In this document: positions 48,950-62,699 of the stretch, piece after piece
How the letters are laid out: each line of letters begins with the position of its first letter
Numbering within the stretch: position 1 is the first letter of the stretch
Origin: Raillietiella orientalis
Lineage: Eukaryota
Assembly: GCA_036172245.1 (NCBI GenBank)
Contig: JAYWIR010000035.1
Span: 496,001 to 560,000, forward strand
DNA: 64,000 bases
Direction of reading: 5' to 3'
Translations under genes and position numbers: made by a program
The notes under the pieces: model-generated
The model's database searches: none
Seen by the model: only the letters and a program-made list of their open reading frames with translations
Told to the model about the DNA's origin: nothing

Positions 48950-50750
48950 ATCAATCGGGAGAGAAGGAGAAACAGGCTGTTGGTGAAACACCTGCCAGAA
49001 AGCTCTCTGCCAGCCTGGACCATTTGGAGGGCTCGAAGACGACTTCATCCTACCCGAGGGTCCGAAGAGGGGCCGTGTTCCAGCCGGAAGCCAATGGACG
49101 GTGGGAGCTCCGATGTGGCCCTTGCCAGCGATCCCAGCAGAGACTCAGCAGTGGCGCGTCCCGCACCACGAAGACGACTCGCCCCATGGTCAGAGCGAGA
49201 AATCGCGGCTGGCAGCTGTGGGGGTCAGACGAGTCTTCTCCGAACTGAGGAAGCAGCCAAGAAGAGAGAGAGAGGAGCACAAGAGGTTTTAAACGGAGGA
49301 GGGAGATGGTTCCCTATTCTCCTCTTCTAGATCTCTACAGCCTCATCTCATCGCTCGCCTATCCCTGTGGACAAAGGGAGAAGGTGAGAGCGTTTAAAGT
49401 CATGCGCAGGACGAAGACATGTAGGGAGTCGTGGCGATCCACCTTCCACTTGCCGGCACCCCTGGGAATTTCTCACTCCTTGGTGATTGGTTGCGCTGTC
49501 AGCTCAGTTAAGCGCGCGTAAGAGGCGGTAGCGCGCCCAGCAACCCACCAGAAGAACAAAGGAAAATGTCCACTGGCAGCAGCTGAGCACGAGTGCGGCG
49601 GAAGAGTGCCAAGAACCACTCTCTTCTCTCCTCCCTTCCAGAAAGAATCAAAGAAGTTCCCTCCCACGCGCCGCTTCCCCTTCCAATCTTTGGAATGCCT
49701 TCCGGAGAGGCGAAGACGCAGCTAGCTGTGAGAAGTCGGTGCTCCTCCTTTCCAGAGGGAACGTCCTCACATTGCCTGGTTACGAAGCGACTGGACCGTA
49801 ACTCGCTCAACTTGTTCCCGCGCTGGAGCTGCCTTCACTGGGTCCTCGTGATTCTGCCCGCGCGGTTCGGCTTGGTCATTGGGGTTTCTGGATTCATCTA
49901 TGGATGCGTGCCTAGAGGAGCAAAGCGAAGGCGACGACCCACGATGTTCCGCGGCGCGTTATGTTGGTCAGCGTGAAGCGAGCGCTCGCGGGAGAGAAAA
50001 CCTCGGTGATTTCAGCAACGGCCAGGTGCTTTGGCTGTCAGTCACTCCTGCTGGAGTGAGAGGTGTCTCGGATGGGAAGTCCCAAGGTCCCCATGCGCGG
50101 ATCGTGCAAGCATGCGCCGGTCCATCTGGCCCCTCCTCGAGTACATCTTGGGTAAGCCCCCACCTCCGTCGTAGAGAGATAGAAAAAAAATAACATTCCT
50201 ACTGGAGTCCAGATGTGTATCTGACCTTCCCGGAGTTTTGTCGGCTGTCTTCTCCTGCGCTTCCTCCAAATCACGGCCTTCCCATTTTCATTCTTCCAGT
50301 CGTTCCATGCCCTCTTTCTCGGAGAGGAACTGACCGAGAGGGATGAAAACTACTGTCCCATCTTTCCCCCCAAGTCGATGCTTCTTAGGGAGGTCCTCCC
50401 CTCTCACTGGAACTCTTCCTTCGCCACTCGCAGCTTCCATCCTCTCCGCGAGGAAGGGGAGGAGGGGTGCCCCAGAAGCTCCGGCGGATGGGTGAGGAGA
50501 AGCAGACTGCTTCTCTCCTTCCTCTTGCGGAGTGTCGATTCCGCCTCTCACGTGATTTCAGTGGTCTCTTCTCTGCGTGGACCTTTCAATGCGCACTCCT
50601 TCCGATGTTCTTGGCGACATCTTGGAGCTGCTGATTGTTCTCCTGATTTGCTTCTGGACGGCTGCCGTGCAATTTCCAGGGAGAGATTACTTCGACTCTT
50701 CCATGGCTGCCTTGACAGCTTTTCCAAAATGACGGCTTCCTACTTTCCTT
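48950..50750 (+). pseudogene. MATH-BTB-BACK remnant
   Basis: NGRWELRCGP (MATH) and QLAVRSR...VSGFIYG (BTB, ORF 49593). BACK is weak. Confidence 0.5.
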
Positions 50751-51179
50751 ACTTGCCTTTTACGACCACCACCGTTTGCAGCCCGATGGCGGTCGCTCGG
50801 CAGCAGTAAACGTGGTGGTCCTTTTTTCTCGTGACCTTTGTCCTTGGAGTCGGAGGAACGAAATTTTTTTGTCCTTGCTGGTCGTATTGGGTCTTGTTCG
50901 AACCTTCGGATCGAAGATACTCGTGGCCGTCTCCAAGGGATTTCTCTCCCGTTCAGAGAGAAACGGAACACCTCGGTGGCCAGACAAATTCCCAGCCGCG
51001 GACCAGACGTCGAGCTGGTCTTCAGAGCTCCACAGATGGGTGGATCGATGGGTCCCAGACTCACCCGAGAATGGGGGGGATGGATCCTCCCTTGGAAGAT
51101 CAAGGTGCACGGGGCGTTCACCTCAAAGGAATTGGGAGCAGTTACAGCATCGTCGTCTGGAAACGCGATCATCTGACTG

Positions 51180-52440
51180 AAAGACTGCGCCTACTCTCGT
51201 TTCTGAGAGCTTGTCTTGAGAGCCGCTGCAGGGCCCAGTGCAGCAAAGCAGGAAAGCAGCAGCGGTCGGAGAGACAGCTAGGTCCAAATGAACGTGGAGA
51301 TAGGTGGGCTCAGACAGAGTCTCCATTTCTCTCGCCAGACTGAGCCGGCATCGGCATCTCCGCCTCAAAGGAACGCGGAAGGTGGACGCCCCGGTAGCCT
51401 ATGCAGCATAATGGCCACGCCGACCCACGACGATGGAGACGCAAAAGACTCGGCTAATGTGCGCCGCCAATGCTACCAGACTGGATGTTGCGGGCACGAG
51501 CGAGGAGGGTCTCCGAGACGGCGCCACTGTCATCACGCGCGGCTACTGGTGAGAAGATCTCGAAACAATGGGTCGCTGTGCAGTCGAGAGCAAAAGGGTC
51601 CCTCGCAGCTCTGACGTCGCCCGCACCACCGGTGCGGAGCCGATTGGCCCGCCAAGGGTGAGAGGGAGCAGAATCCTTGCCGCGTACGCCGGCAGCTTGC
51701 ATTGGCCTCCGACGAGTGGGTGGCAGCCCTCCCACTCCTGGTAGGCAACCGCAGGGAAGCGCCACCCCCGTGCCGCCTGCTGTTGCCTCCGTGCGTGCTC
51801 AGCTTCGCTGCTCGCTGCCTCAGTGGCCGAGTCGCGCTGCAGAGTGCGGCCCGAAGAACGGAACGCGACGTGAAAGCCGCCGCCACAGGGGCTCCTGCTT
51901 GAGGAATGCAGCAAGATGGTGGATCTGAGGGTGGAATCTGCCAGCACCCTCGACTTGGTGCAAGAGAGTCCAGGGGAATATCGGTGGTCCTTTCTTTCCT
52001 GCCTCCCTCCCCACGTAAACAGCTGGATACGTACATGTGTTTTTTTTTGTTTTTTTCATTTCTTTGTTCATGCTCCTTCTCCGTGGCGGGTCACGTTTGC
52101 AAATCAGCTGGCCTCTGTCCATCTCATCCAGGACCCTCGGGTTCTAGCGTCCGAATCTGCACGATGGCACCTGTCTTTTTCTTTTCCCGTTTTTCTGGTC
52201 AGAGGATATGGCAAACTCCCCGGCGTAACCAGTGTTCTCGGCCCGATGGTCAGGGGCGGGAAGTGGGGGATTCCACATCCGTGTCCATCTGGAATGGCGC
52301 ACAGCGCCATGCTCAGGGAACTCGCAGCGGTTGATACCATTTTTGGGGGATTCCCTGGGAGAAATTCGGGATCCTGTGGTTTCCTGATCGACTCCTCTGT
52401 CCGCACCGCCACCTTGTCGGTGGAGTGCTGGAACCTCATC
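51180..52440 (+). pseudogene. BTB-BACK-MATH remnant
   Basis: FLRACLESRC and VRRQCYQTG (BTB). ORF 51916 has WRVTF...ASVHL...WHLSFSFPVFL...KWGIPH...GFLIDSS...LSVEC (clear MATH order). Confidence 0.65.
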
Positions 52441-52539
52441 CGCAACGAGGAGTGGTTGCCATGCCTCCCGTGGGTCAGGATCGTCGAGAAATGCGCGCGC
52501 TATCGGTGTGCCCCACGGGGCTGGAAGTTCATCCCGTAG

Positions 52540-54520
52540 TCTCTCCCTCCAGCTGCCCAACGATGCCGTCGAAGCCTGTTCGGAGGAAGGCTAGCCCCTC
52601 CCTGCTTGCCTCGTCGACCCCGTGCGAGGAGGGGAGATTGTGAGGACGCAGGGGGAGAGCGACCGCCGTCCACCACCGTCCCTTCCAGGCGTGAGAAACG
52701 ACTCGACCTGGAAGGTGGAATGGAGGGGAGTCTCTGGGAAGCTGTGGACAGATGGGATCGTCAGTCGTCACTGATGGCAGCATCTTCTCTCCAGAGCCGC
52801 ATCCTCCAGTCGAGTCCCCTCATGGGTTTCGGACACTTCCGCTTCTGTCCGACAGCTGACGTCACGCCCCTGCGCGCTGCATCTTCCATCCATCTGTTTG
52901 CATCCGGATGGTCCGGCATGCCGGAGCGAGTAAGCAGCCTCTAGACCACGGATTCGTACGACGACCTCCGCCCCACCCCCGAGCGCGCGCGCGCTGGAGC
53001 ACGCGAGGAAGACGCGTGGAGCTCCGGAGATCCGCCCTGCGGGGAAAAATTACCTCGTCCCCGGCTTCCTGATGCATAGGTTCCCAGCCTCAGTCACGGG
53101 ATGGCCGCCAACCCGAAAAGGCGAAATCCATCACGGGTGCCGGACGTGAGCATCCCGGGGTTGGGCTGCAGGATCCGCATCCGATCATCATTAACGAAAT
53201 CGCAGAGGGACAGCTGTCTGGCGCGCGAACCGCCAAGGTAGGATGACGTGATGTTTGTCAACAGGGAGAACAAAGAGCGGCCCGGATGGATGCTGGACTC
53301 TCCGGAAGAGGAGACTCCTGTGTAGAGCGAGGGTTCTCGGAAGGTCGGGGCAGAGGGGCAGGAGAAGGCTGGCCGCTTAGAAGGCGGGTTGAGCGGGGGT
53401 CATAAAAGCCGTGGCTTCACCCCGATCGATCCACGTGATCCACACGACATCTGGGAAGCGTACACGCTCACGCGCGCGCAAGAGAGACAGAGAGAAGGAA
53501 GGAGGGAAGGGATAGAGGGAGACTGCGTTCCCAGCCTCAGAAGAGACGAGCACCAACCAGCAGGGTGCGTCAGTTGGGGGTGCCCTCAGAACGAGCAGCA
53601 GCTCCGGGAGTCACTTCGTCTCCAGCCGCCGCCGCTGCCCACTGTGGACTGTACTGTGCGATTCGCACTCCTTCCTTCCTCCTTCTCCTCTTCAGCCACC
53701 TCCCTCTTTCCTCCTCCTCCTCTTCCCTTCCTCCTCCCTTTCCTGTGGGCTGTACCGCACGGTTCGCCCTTTCCAGCTGCGATCCGCCGTGGGGTAGACA
53801 CGTCGCCGCCGTCGGATTCCCGGATCCTAGGGAGCGCTCCGGGAATCCGAGGAGAGAGAGGGCGGATGCTCGGGAGGACGCCCCCCGAGCAGCGCACGGG
53901 TCGGGAGTCCTCCTGGTTCCCTGCAGGCGTGCATCGTTCCGGAGAAGACATGGCGTTCGAGGGAGTGCCGAAGAGCCCTGCCGGGGAAGTGGCCGAGCAA
54001 CCACGCATTCCGCGCACACCTAGTGGCCGCGCTCGCGTGCCCCAGTACGCTTTTCGCGCGACTGTGTGGAACGTGCACGCGTGGCCTCCGCGCTGCGGCG
54101 ATGCGTCACAGATCCACGTGACGTCCGAGGACCACTCGGCGGCCGTCGTCACCTCGCCGCTGTCTTCGGGCCGGTGCGCGCGGCTCTGAGACTCGGAAAA
54201 GACTCTGCGGGGGGGGGATGTTCGCGGAGAAGGAGCGACGGCGGCGCGGCTTTCGATTTTTTTTCGGGTGTAGCAGGGCATTGTGCATAGCCTGCGGCCT
54301 GCACGGAGCCGCCAACGGAAAGAAGAGACCGGAGTCGGGAGTCATCTGGAATCTCGCCGTGAGCTCGCGTCTTCCTCCTTCTCTCTTTTCGCTCTTCTGG
54401 CGACGCGCTCAGAAATAAATCTTCTCCTGACTGTTTCCGAGATCCACAAGGAGGAGGAAATCGAGAAAGCTGCGGAGGATCCACTCTGAGAAGGACATAA
54501 ATCTCGAGATGATTTTCTTC
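52540..54520 (+). pseudogene. BTB-BACK-MATH remnant
   Basis: GGMEGSLWEAVD...IHLFASGWSGMPE (BTB), LQDPHPIIINEIAEGQL and RGFTPIDP (BACK), AFRATVWNVHAWP and HSEKDINLEMIF (MATH). Confidence 0.55.
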
Positions 54521-54739
54521 GGAAATGGAGGAAACCGTCGGCGTTGTCGCTGCCGCGCTGAAAGGGGTCGCTGGATCGCACGCGATGGAAGGGAGGAGGA
54601 GGAAGAAGTGAGGGGGAGGGGAGAGTGCCGCCATCTCCGCAGAGGCTTTTTCGGGACTTCCGTGCAATGGCAAGCGACTCCCTTTGACCGACAGGCGAGG
54701 TCGAGTTCCGGTCGCCTCTCTTAGGTCGACCCCGGAATC

Positions 54740-55240
54740 TCCCGAGCCGCCCAGAGGCTTGCCGGTGCCCCGGGTGGCGCCTGCGGCAGCCAGGAAACAG
54801 TCCGCACTGGGCAAACACGCGGTCGGCAGCTCCTCCTCCGAGAACCGGCGTGCGCGCGCGCCTTGGCCCGGAAGGTGGCGCGCGCATCCCGTGTCCGTTT
54901 CCTATCGGAGAGGGCGCCCTCCTTCGCGCGAAAAACGCGGGAGTGCCCATCCTTCTCTCATTCTCTCTCTCTCTCGAGCGCGCAGCCAGCCTCCCGCGTG
55001 CGATCCGCCTCGGGGCGTCGGTACCTCCCGCGGCACTGGCCCGGCAGGGGCTGCGCGCCCCTGCCCTGCCCGCGCGCTCTTCAGCTTGGAATGCGCGCGC
55101 GCGGGACGCACCGTCCGTGGCGAGTTAATGACAAGGAACGGGGGGCCGCGAGGCCGCTCGTCGGAGAGGAGGAGAGAGGGCTCCAAGAGACGATTCCCAC
55201 GCAGCATCTTGCGAGCGCCGCCTAATCGGAATAAATCTTC
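54740..55240 (+). pseudogene. BTB remnant
   Basis: LPVPRVAPAAA...GSSSSEN...VSYRRG (ORF 54684). Weak match. Confidence 0.3.
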
Positions 55241-55579
55241 TTAAATAACACGTTCGCGGGATGGCGGACAGCTTCCTTCCTAGTGCCCTGGTGCAGCAGC
55301 AAGGAGCGAATCTGGAATTAATTTCGAGGAACCATCAAAGCCAGTGTGATCAAAAATAATAACATCCACCATTACGCTCTTCGAACCAACACCTCTTACT
55401 CCGGGCAATCTAATTTACTACCGGAAATTCAATCTCGAAGTTATTTTCCATGACAACGGTCAGCGTTTTATTCCCAGACAGGAAATTAGTCTCCCTGATT
55501 ACCTTATTTATTAGTCCTTCGAGAAGCAGCTAATAAATTCTGCGGTCAGCGTGGAGCTTTTCTCTTCTTTTTTTTTCTT

Positions 55580-56600
55580 ATTCTTTTGCTTTCACGTGCC
55601 CACGTCAGTCTGCGATTCCGGAGCGGCCTCATCCCGTTTCCAAGTGATGGATCTCCCTGGGACAAACCGAGAGAAGAAGATAAGAGAGGAAATTTATCGT
55701 TTCGCCTTGCAGGTCGGGATGAGAGGTGGGAAGAAGGCGCCGGACCAGGTGCTTCGAGATGAGAACGAAGGGATGCTTCGCTCCGGAACATCCACGTCTT
55801 CATCTCCCAAGAACCTCTGCAGGACAGACAGCCCGGGACGACTGGGCGGTGACGGCGCGACCCAGTCGAAACCATCCGGATGTCAGGGCTTCAGCGGACG
55901 TCCGTCTCGCCGAGACAGGGCGAAACATCTGCATGGACCGCGCTGGTACCCAGGGGCACGGCTGGCTGTCTATTCTTCCCTCTGCGCTCCCAACACTGCA
56001 CGAGACTGCGCAAAAATTCCCCCTTTCCCTTCCCTTCTCTCTGGCGTCTCTGGCGTCCTCTCCAGACAGGACCCCTTAGACGGTCTCCAGAGACCATGCG
56101 TTTTTGCGTGTGTGTGTGGAGAGGTGGCCTCTCACACTCTTTTCCTCCCTTCCTCCTTTTCCTCGTCCCTTCTTTCTCTTCCACCTTCTCCCCCCGACTG
56201 CGCCTATGAGAGTCCCCGCATACATGGAAACGCCGAAGAGGAGGCAACGGCGATGTAATTCGTTGATGAGGTTGCGTAATGATCCGCCAGGCCTGCCAGG
56301 AGAGGTGATCGTGCCTGATGAATTCTTCCATAATTGGGAGAGATTCGGTTTTTCAATTCTCCTGCGAGCCGACGCAGAAGAGCCATCCGGGCATCAATCA
56401 CGGATAAAGGAGGCTGCGCGATACTTTCATCGCAGCGCGCGGCGCGGGCGCAAGGACGGAGATCTGCCTCCCAGCCCGAGATGAAAGCGTGTTCCACCCG
56501 ACCTCGCCGGAGATGACGCGCCATCGGATAACTCAATTTAACGACGCCCCGGGCGCGGAGACGGGATACCCGGCACCCGCGATGGGTTCGAGCCGCGCCA
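55580..56600 (+). pseudogene. BTB-BACK remnant
   Basis: FHVPTSV...AASSRFQVM...GMRGG...LRD (BTB) and EFFHNWE...ILLRAD (BACK). Confidence 0.5.
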
Positions 56601-56899
56601 GCTTCCCCTTCCCATCGGCCCGCCTCCTCCTCTCATGCGAGGGAAGTGGAGCGGAAGGGGGAGGAGAGCAGCTCCGCTCTCTTCCAGCCGCCGCCGCCGC
56701 TGCTGCTGCTCTCTCGAGCACCCGGTCTTCGGGTCCTCGGTGCTGCTTCTGCTGCTTGTGCTGGCGCTGGAGGGGAACAGCCAGGAAGAATGCCTTGCAG
56801 CTTCCGTGCGGGAGTGACTGTTCCCGGCTGCTCCAGATCCGTTGTATCCCATCCGGCGAGAGAGGGCATTTCGGGGGATTCCACTAGGGTGTCCTCGGA

Positions 56900-58720
56900 T
56901 TCCTTTCCCATCGAGGACGACAGCTACCCACTTTCGGGCTCGCTTCCACGCCCTCCCACGCCCCCTTCCACGCTTATAAGTCCCCGAAGCTGGGAGGATT
57001 CTAGTACTCGGTCGAGAACAGCGAGAGCCTTCTCCGGTTGTCTCGGGGCGTTTCTTGCAATGAATGAACGTGCAAAGGCAGTGGTAGGACTGTCGCTCCA
57101 ACCACGTAGTGCACTGTTCGGAGAAGCTGCAGAGACTCCGGTACGCAGACCGGCGAGTATCGCCTCGACAGCAGGGGGGTGAAGAACTAACGAAAAGAAA
57201 AATAAAATAAAGAAAATTAAATAAAAATAAATAGAGGAAACTTTGGGGGCTCGGGAAGGGATTTCTGTCTTCTTAGGGGAGTCCCCTCTGCATCCTTCCA
57301 AAGACGCCGGCAAGTTCATACTGCGTGCTTCAAAGATGGGACCGTCTCGATGCCATTCTCAGAAAGAGAACCGCAAAATGGATGCCACATCTCTGTCATT
57401 GCCACCCTTGGCGGCTCCCCAAGAAGCCACAGTCCCGCGAAGGCTGCAAAGAGCTGCTGGGGATGCGGCTGGAGGTAGGGCATCGTGTAGGAAGAGGTGT
57501 CTAAGACCGTTTCTGGAGTTGCCGTCGGGGATCGGTGGGTTGCGGTCGTGTCAGAACGTTCTCACAGGGGCCGGAGGGCAGGTGCGGGAGGGATTCTCGT
57601 TCTCTGCACCTGCTGCAGTTTGGGCTCACCCCCCCTCCACCTTGGGTCCAGTGATTGTCGGTGGGCGTTGCACAGTCCAACAGCGGAAGCGCCGACTCCC
57701 TCCATTTGAGAAGGAGGGTGCGGTTGTTTCGGAGCGCTGGGGGCCACTCGAAATCTTCAGGTGGAGTTCCGAAAGCTCCTGGACGAACGTGACTCCCGCC
57801 GGTAGCACGGAACGCTCGCGCAGGTCAGGAGGGAGAAAAAACGCGGGCAGCCCAACAGGAACTTCCGTGCCTCTTCTCTTTCCGGGAGACCGCGAGACAC
57901 CCCTGAGGAGCAGAGCCTGGAAGCCGAGAAGACCCGCTCGCTCTCAGTACATTGCCGGTTCGAGGTCGTCGCTCCCCCAACCGGTGGCGCTGGGAAGACC
58001 AGCCTGCTACCGCCTGTTTCCATAGAGATGACGAAGGAAGAAAGAAAAAACAAGTGCGCGAATTTTTGCATGCTCCCAAGAGCCACGGAAGCGATGCCCT
58101 CCGCGGAGGTTGAGCGTGTAGGTGCGTTTCCGGATGAGCCCGCGAGGCGTGTCCTGAAAGTGAGCGACAGGCGCGTGCCTCGCTGTCGGGAATCCCTCAG
58201 CGTTCCAGCTGTCTCCGCTGGCAGTCGAGGGGGAGGATTGAGAAGCCTTCAGAGCTGCTGCCGTGCCGACCCTTCCGTGGAGCCGCCGAAGCCGCAGACG
58301 ACTCCCTCGGACGGGGACGCGCGCTCCCCGCCTCTCTCAAAGGGAAGATGCGTTTTCTCTCAAGGGGAAAGGAGCGAAACCCCTTGGGAGGGGAGTCGGC
58401 AGCGGCGGTGCACGATGATGCGAGGTGCTTGGCAGCGGAACGCTCGTTTCGCTCCTTCGACGGAGCGTAAGACCACCATTCTATGGAGCTGCATGGTTGG
58501 GGGATGTCTGGTCGTGCTTCCGGTGGACAGCTCCCGAGATCCTCGGCATGACAACATTTCTCGGACCTCCTTCATCTCGCAGATTTTCTTTCTTCTTCTT
58601 ATCTCGTCTTCCTCCCGCGAGAATCCACGATTCGCACGTGCCTCCGTAGGCTTTGTTTCGTCCATTCTTCCAAAAGGTTTGGACCTAGAGGGAAGGATGC
58701 TGCTCTGCGTGATGTGAGAC
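56900..58720 (+). pseudogene. BTB-BACK-MATH remnant; sister of 24000-25500
   Basis: PFHAYK, MNERAKAVVGL and EKLQRLRY (BTB), EGCKELL...LEV...EEVSKTV...RW (BACK), EGRMLLCV (MATH end). Confidence 0.55.
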
Positions 58721-58779
58721 GATCACTTCCTGTTACAGGAATCTCTTTTTCGGTTGCGGCTCTAATCCGGACGGAAGAA

Positions 58780-60130
58780 CGAATCCAAAGAGGAAAAAGT
58801 TCATTTCTAGGAGGATCGCTTCGGATCTCTCGTCACCGAAAAATTCGATCTCTCGGCGGTACTCCCTGATTTTTCTTCCGTCTGAATTCCTACTTGAAAT
58901 CCTCCCGTGTCTGCGAGTCTTCCGGAAAGAGTCCCGGCGCTGCTCCTTTCTTCCTTGCCGTTCGCCTGTGGGTCGATGGTGGACGTCGGAACGGTTCCGC
59001 AAGAAGGCGCGAAAGGTTCCGGCCTTTCTGGGGCAACGGGATAGACGTCGTCACTACCTCGACTGGTCGTAGTGGTGGGAAGGCCTGCTACCGTCGTGGG
59101 CTGCACGAAATCGCGCGCCTTGGTCGGAGTGCTCGGAATGGACCTACCTCTCTTTCAGCCTGCAGCTGCATCACCCTGCAAACCGCAGGCCAGTCACCAC
59201 CCCTCCCTCCTTCTCCCTCTTTGCCTTTCGCCCGACTTGCAAACCCACCCACAGGCAGGCTGCCTTGCGGCCGATCCCACCATCCCATCCTCCTCGAGAG
59301 AGAACGTGGGTTCCGTGGCCACGTTTTCGGTTCCCAAAATTCTGTTCCTGCTCCAGAGACGCTGCAATCTGCAAAAATTTGGTCAGTCCAAACCCAGCTG
59401 ATCAGGTTCCAGGTACCGGCTCGGGGTCTCCCTGGTGACTTTCGACCCACCGCAAAAGGCGTGGGATTCGTCCTGTCCGGATTCGGGCGATGGATCCCAC
59501 GATGCAAAGCAGCCTCCAAGATCATTTCACTTCCTCCCTGGTCCGTCCCAGATCTCTTTCGGTACGGAGAGGCCGTCCCCCGCTGACGGCGATGCTCCGA
59601 CGGCGGCGGTGACGTCACGAGCTCGAGAGAGGCGCTCCTGCCGTGTTTTGAAAATTTCCAAATGCTTTTACGCAGTTTCTCAACCTCCTGACACAACAAC
59701 AAGTTTTTTCCCCGTCCCGGGATATCGAAATCCATGCAAATTCTTTCATTCCAATCTCCGCGGCGCTGAAGATCAATCTTTTTTCCCTCTGCACGTGGCC
59801 TTTGAGATTGCGTTTCCAGAGAAACACACAAGCTGCCATCACTCGGATTTTCCGGAAGAATAATTGAAATCTTTCCTCTTCGAAAGTATCTGCTCCACTT
59901 CCACATCGGCTCACGTCACCACGGCAACAGTACGCGGAGCAAATAAATGGGATCTGGAATCCTCTCAGACCGATCTCCGAAAGGATAGAAGAAGGTACTT
60001 CCAGCTGGGAACAGGTCGTCCGCCTGGCCGCCCCAAGCATCCAGAGGTGGCATCCGAAGGTGTATGCGTCTCGAAAGGTTCCTCGGTACATTCTCCATGT
60101 CAGCCGGTTACCAGTCTCCCCGACCATCTC
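58780..60130 (+). pseudogene. MATH-BTB-BACK remnant
   Basis: DLSSPKNSISRRYSLIFLP and RPFWGNG (MATH), TFSVPKIL and FPVPGYRNPCKFFHSNL (BTB), EVASEGV (BACK). Confidence 0.5.
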
Positions 60131-60149
60131 CAAGTGGCTGCCTCGTTCC

Positions 60150-61400
60150 CACCAGGAATGGAAGCTCGAAACCGGACCACGGAAACGGGATGGATAACCA
60201 TCAGATCCGTGCGTCTCATGCAGTCGAAGCTCCGGTGTTTGCCACGTCTGACAGAAACCTCCATCATCTTTTGCTTTTGTTGTCCATGCATTGTTCCTCA
60301 AGGTTGCATCTTCGCCTTTCAATTTCATTCCTTTCTTCTCCTCTCCCCCTCTCTCTTATACCGATTTCTCTGATGGTCAAAATGCCGACGTCGGGTTGCC
60401 GAAACCGATGGAAAAGTGGTGAAGAGAGCTGTGGCAAGAGGAGACGCCGAGGAGAGAGGCAAACACGGGCATCCTGGAATCGAATCGGAGGGTCCAAACA
60501 GAATGCACCGCCAGCAGTCTGCAGCTGCTGCGCTCCCGCTGCTCAGTTTCTCAATCCGGTCCGAAGACAAACACCCGCAGCTTCCAACGGCGAACTAAGG
60601 GAAAGCGGCAAGTCCTCGGAGGCCACTCGCACCTCCTGGACGGGCACTCTGCTCATGGCAAGGATAGAAGGAAGCAGAGGAAACGACGGCTTTTCGTGAG
60701 CCTCCGGTCAATGCGCGCTTCATCCCCTTCGCGGCAAAACTCGGGACCAGAAGATGGTTCACAGGACGCTCAGCTCATTCGAAAAATTCGCATCTCACAT
60801 AATACAGCAGATGAGGAGGGAGGGTCGCCTAGCGTCCACGAGCGCGATCCCGTGAGAGACAGACTTCCTTCCTTGCAAAGCGTGACCAAGACCCCTGAGC
60901 CGGGAGTCGACGTCGGGGCGCTCCCTGATACACGGCGAGCATCCTCAGGCTGGTGGCGGATTCAACGCGAACCCGCTGCCCACGTAAGACAGGCACGGGC
61001 CGCCAGGTTGTGCCAGCGAGCCGAGCCGCGGTTACGGAGAGGCCCGGCGAGCTGACGATCCCAATCGATGGAGGCCGCCCCGAAGCTCTGGCAGCAGCAG
61101 CTGGCGGCTGCCAACCAGAACGCTTCCCGTCCAGCTGGATCCAGGGCCCCCTCTCCAGGGTAAGGGGAAATACGGCCGTGCCCCGCCGACGGCGTCGGGT
61201 CGACGGTGGGACAGAAGAGAGCGGAGGATCGCTTCTCTGGCTGGCCGGCCTCCCTGGGAGCGCCCGCGCCATCTTGCGGTTGGGAAGCGATGGAGTGCGG
61301 AGGGGACCGAAGGAGCAGGAAGGGGGGAAAGAGGTCTCCAGGGAAGAGAGGGTGCTCTCGAACGTGCGGTATTCCTGAGATGCGTGCTGGTAAAGGTCGG
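60150..61400 (+). pseudogene. BTB-BACK-MATH remnant
   Basis: QIRASHAVEAPVFAT (BTB), AQFLNP...SNGEL...EATRTSW and QLIRKIRISHNTADE (BACK). MATH is weak. Confidence 0.5.
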
Positions 61401-61539
61401 CTGGGTCGCGGTCCGCAATACGAAGAACCTCCGGAGCTTCTTCGGAGGAGCTGAAGAGAGAGAAGAGTCAGGAAGAGGAGGAGGACATGGAGGGATGGGG
61501 AACTGGAAACTCGTCCCTCTCTCTTGATCTACTCATGTC

Positions 61540-62500
61540 CCCCTTATAATCAAACCATGGTTATTCACAGATTCTGAGCCTTCCTCTAACAATTCCTCTC
61601 CTATGTGGCAGAACTTTATCCCATGAGACGGTTGGCATGGCTGCACTGCTTCCTTCAAGGAAGCCAAAAGAGAACACTCTTTTGGTGGAACTCGGGGAAG
61701 TCTCGTCCTGGCACCAGGGCACGAGGCGAAGAACTGGAAGCATTTTTCCACTGGTGACGCGGAACGTGATGTCGATATACCCGAAGGCGCGCCTTCATCG
61801 CGGATTCTTTGCGATGCGGATGCGAGCATTCCTTAGTGGTCACGTTCCAGTCCTTTCTGAATCGCGCCCATTACTTCCAGAGGCGAATCCGAGAAAACTT
61901 CTAGGTAGACCCTTAGAAGACCGCGTGGAGGCTCTGCTCAGTGAGCTGCCGGTCTATCCGTGGTTTCGGGCGCTCGCAATCTGTGGATCCCGCGTTAGCC
62001 TCTCGATGCTGCGGGTGTCTTTAGGATCTCCGTCGATTTCGGAGGGGGAATCGCGCCTTTGTCTTTCCGAACGATGAACGCCGTCCTCTCGTCCCGGACT
62101 TTGCGAGGAATCCTCCTGGTAAAATGCCTTTCTTGCTCCTGCGGAAAAACCCAGAGCGGTGTCCCGTGTCTGCCAGATGGGACACACCGCGCTCAACAGG
62201 TGGTGGTTCAAGCAGCGTGGGCAGGGCAGTGCTGGTCCACACGAGTGGATCAAAGTTCTCTCAGCCTCTCATGGGCGCACAATCGAAGCCTATGCAGCGA
62301 GACCGCGCCTCGTCCCTGTTCCCGGGTACAGCTTCTCGCATCAGGAGCGCCGCTCCTTGGTCCGGGCAATGTCCTCAGTAGGGAGGGGAAAACGCTGCCT
62401 TATCCCTCAGGAAGCGTGCGCTCTCGATCTGCGCCCACGCGGGATTGCGGATGGCAGCTGCGGTCGGCGATAGCCCCCGGTGTCACTCCCTTCCTCCTCC
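61540..62500 (+). pseudogene. BTB-BACK remnant
   Basis: VELGEVSS...NVMSIYP...HVPVLSES (BTB, ORF 61637), SFRTMNAVLSSRTL and ALNRW (BACK). Confidence 0.65.
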
Positions 62501-62699
62501 TCCTCCGTTCCTCTTCTTCCTCCTTGTCTCCCCCTTATCCTTGACGATATTGTTCGTCTTCACTGGTACCTCCTGCACCTCTTCCTATTCTGCTAGGCCT
62601 TCTTCCTGTTCTTCTTGAAGGACAAAGGGGGGGCGTAGGCGCCGCTTTCAGAGCCGAGCAGGGAGCCGAGCGAGCGCCCATGGAGCAGCGACGTAAACT

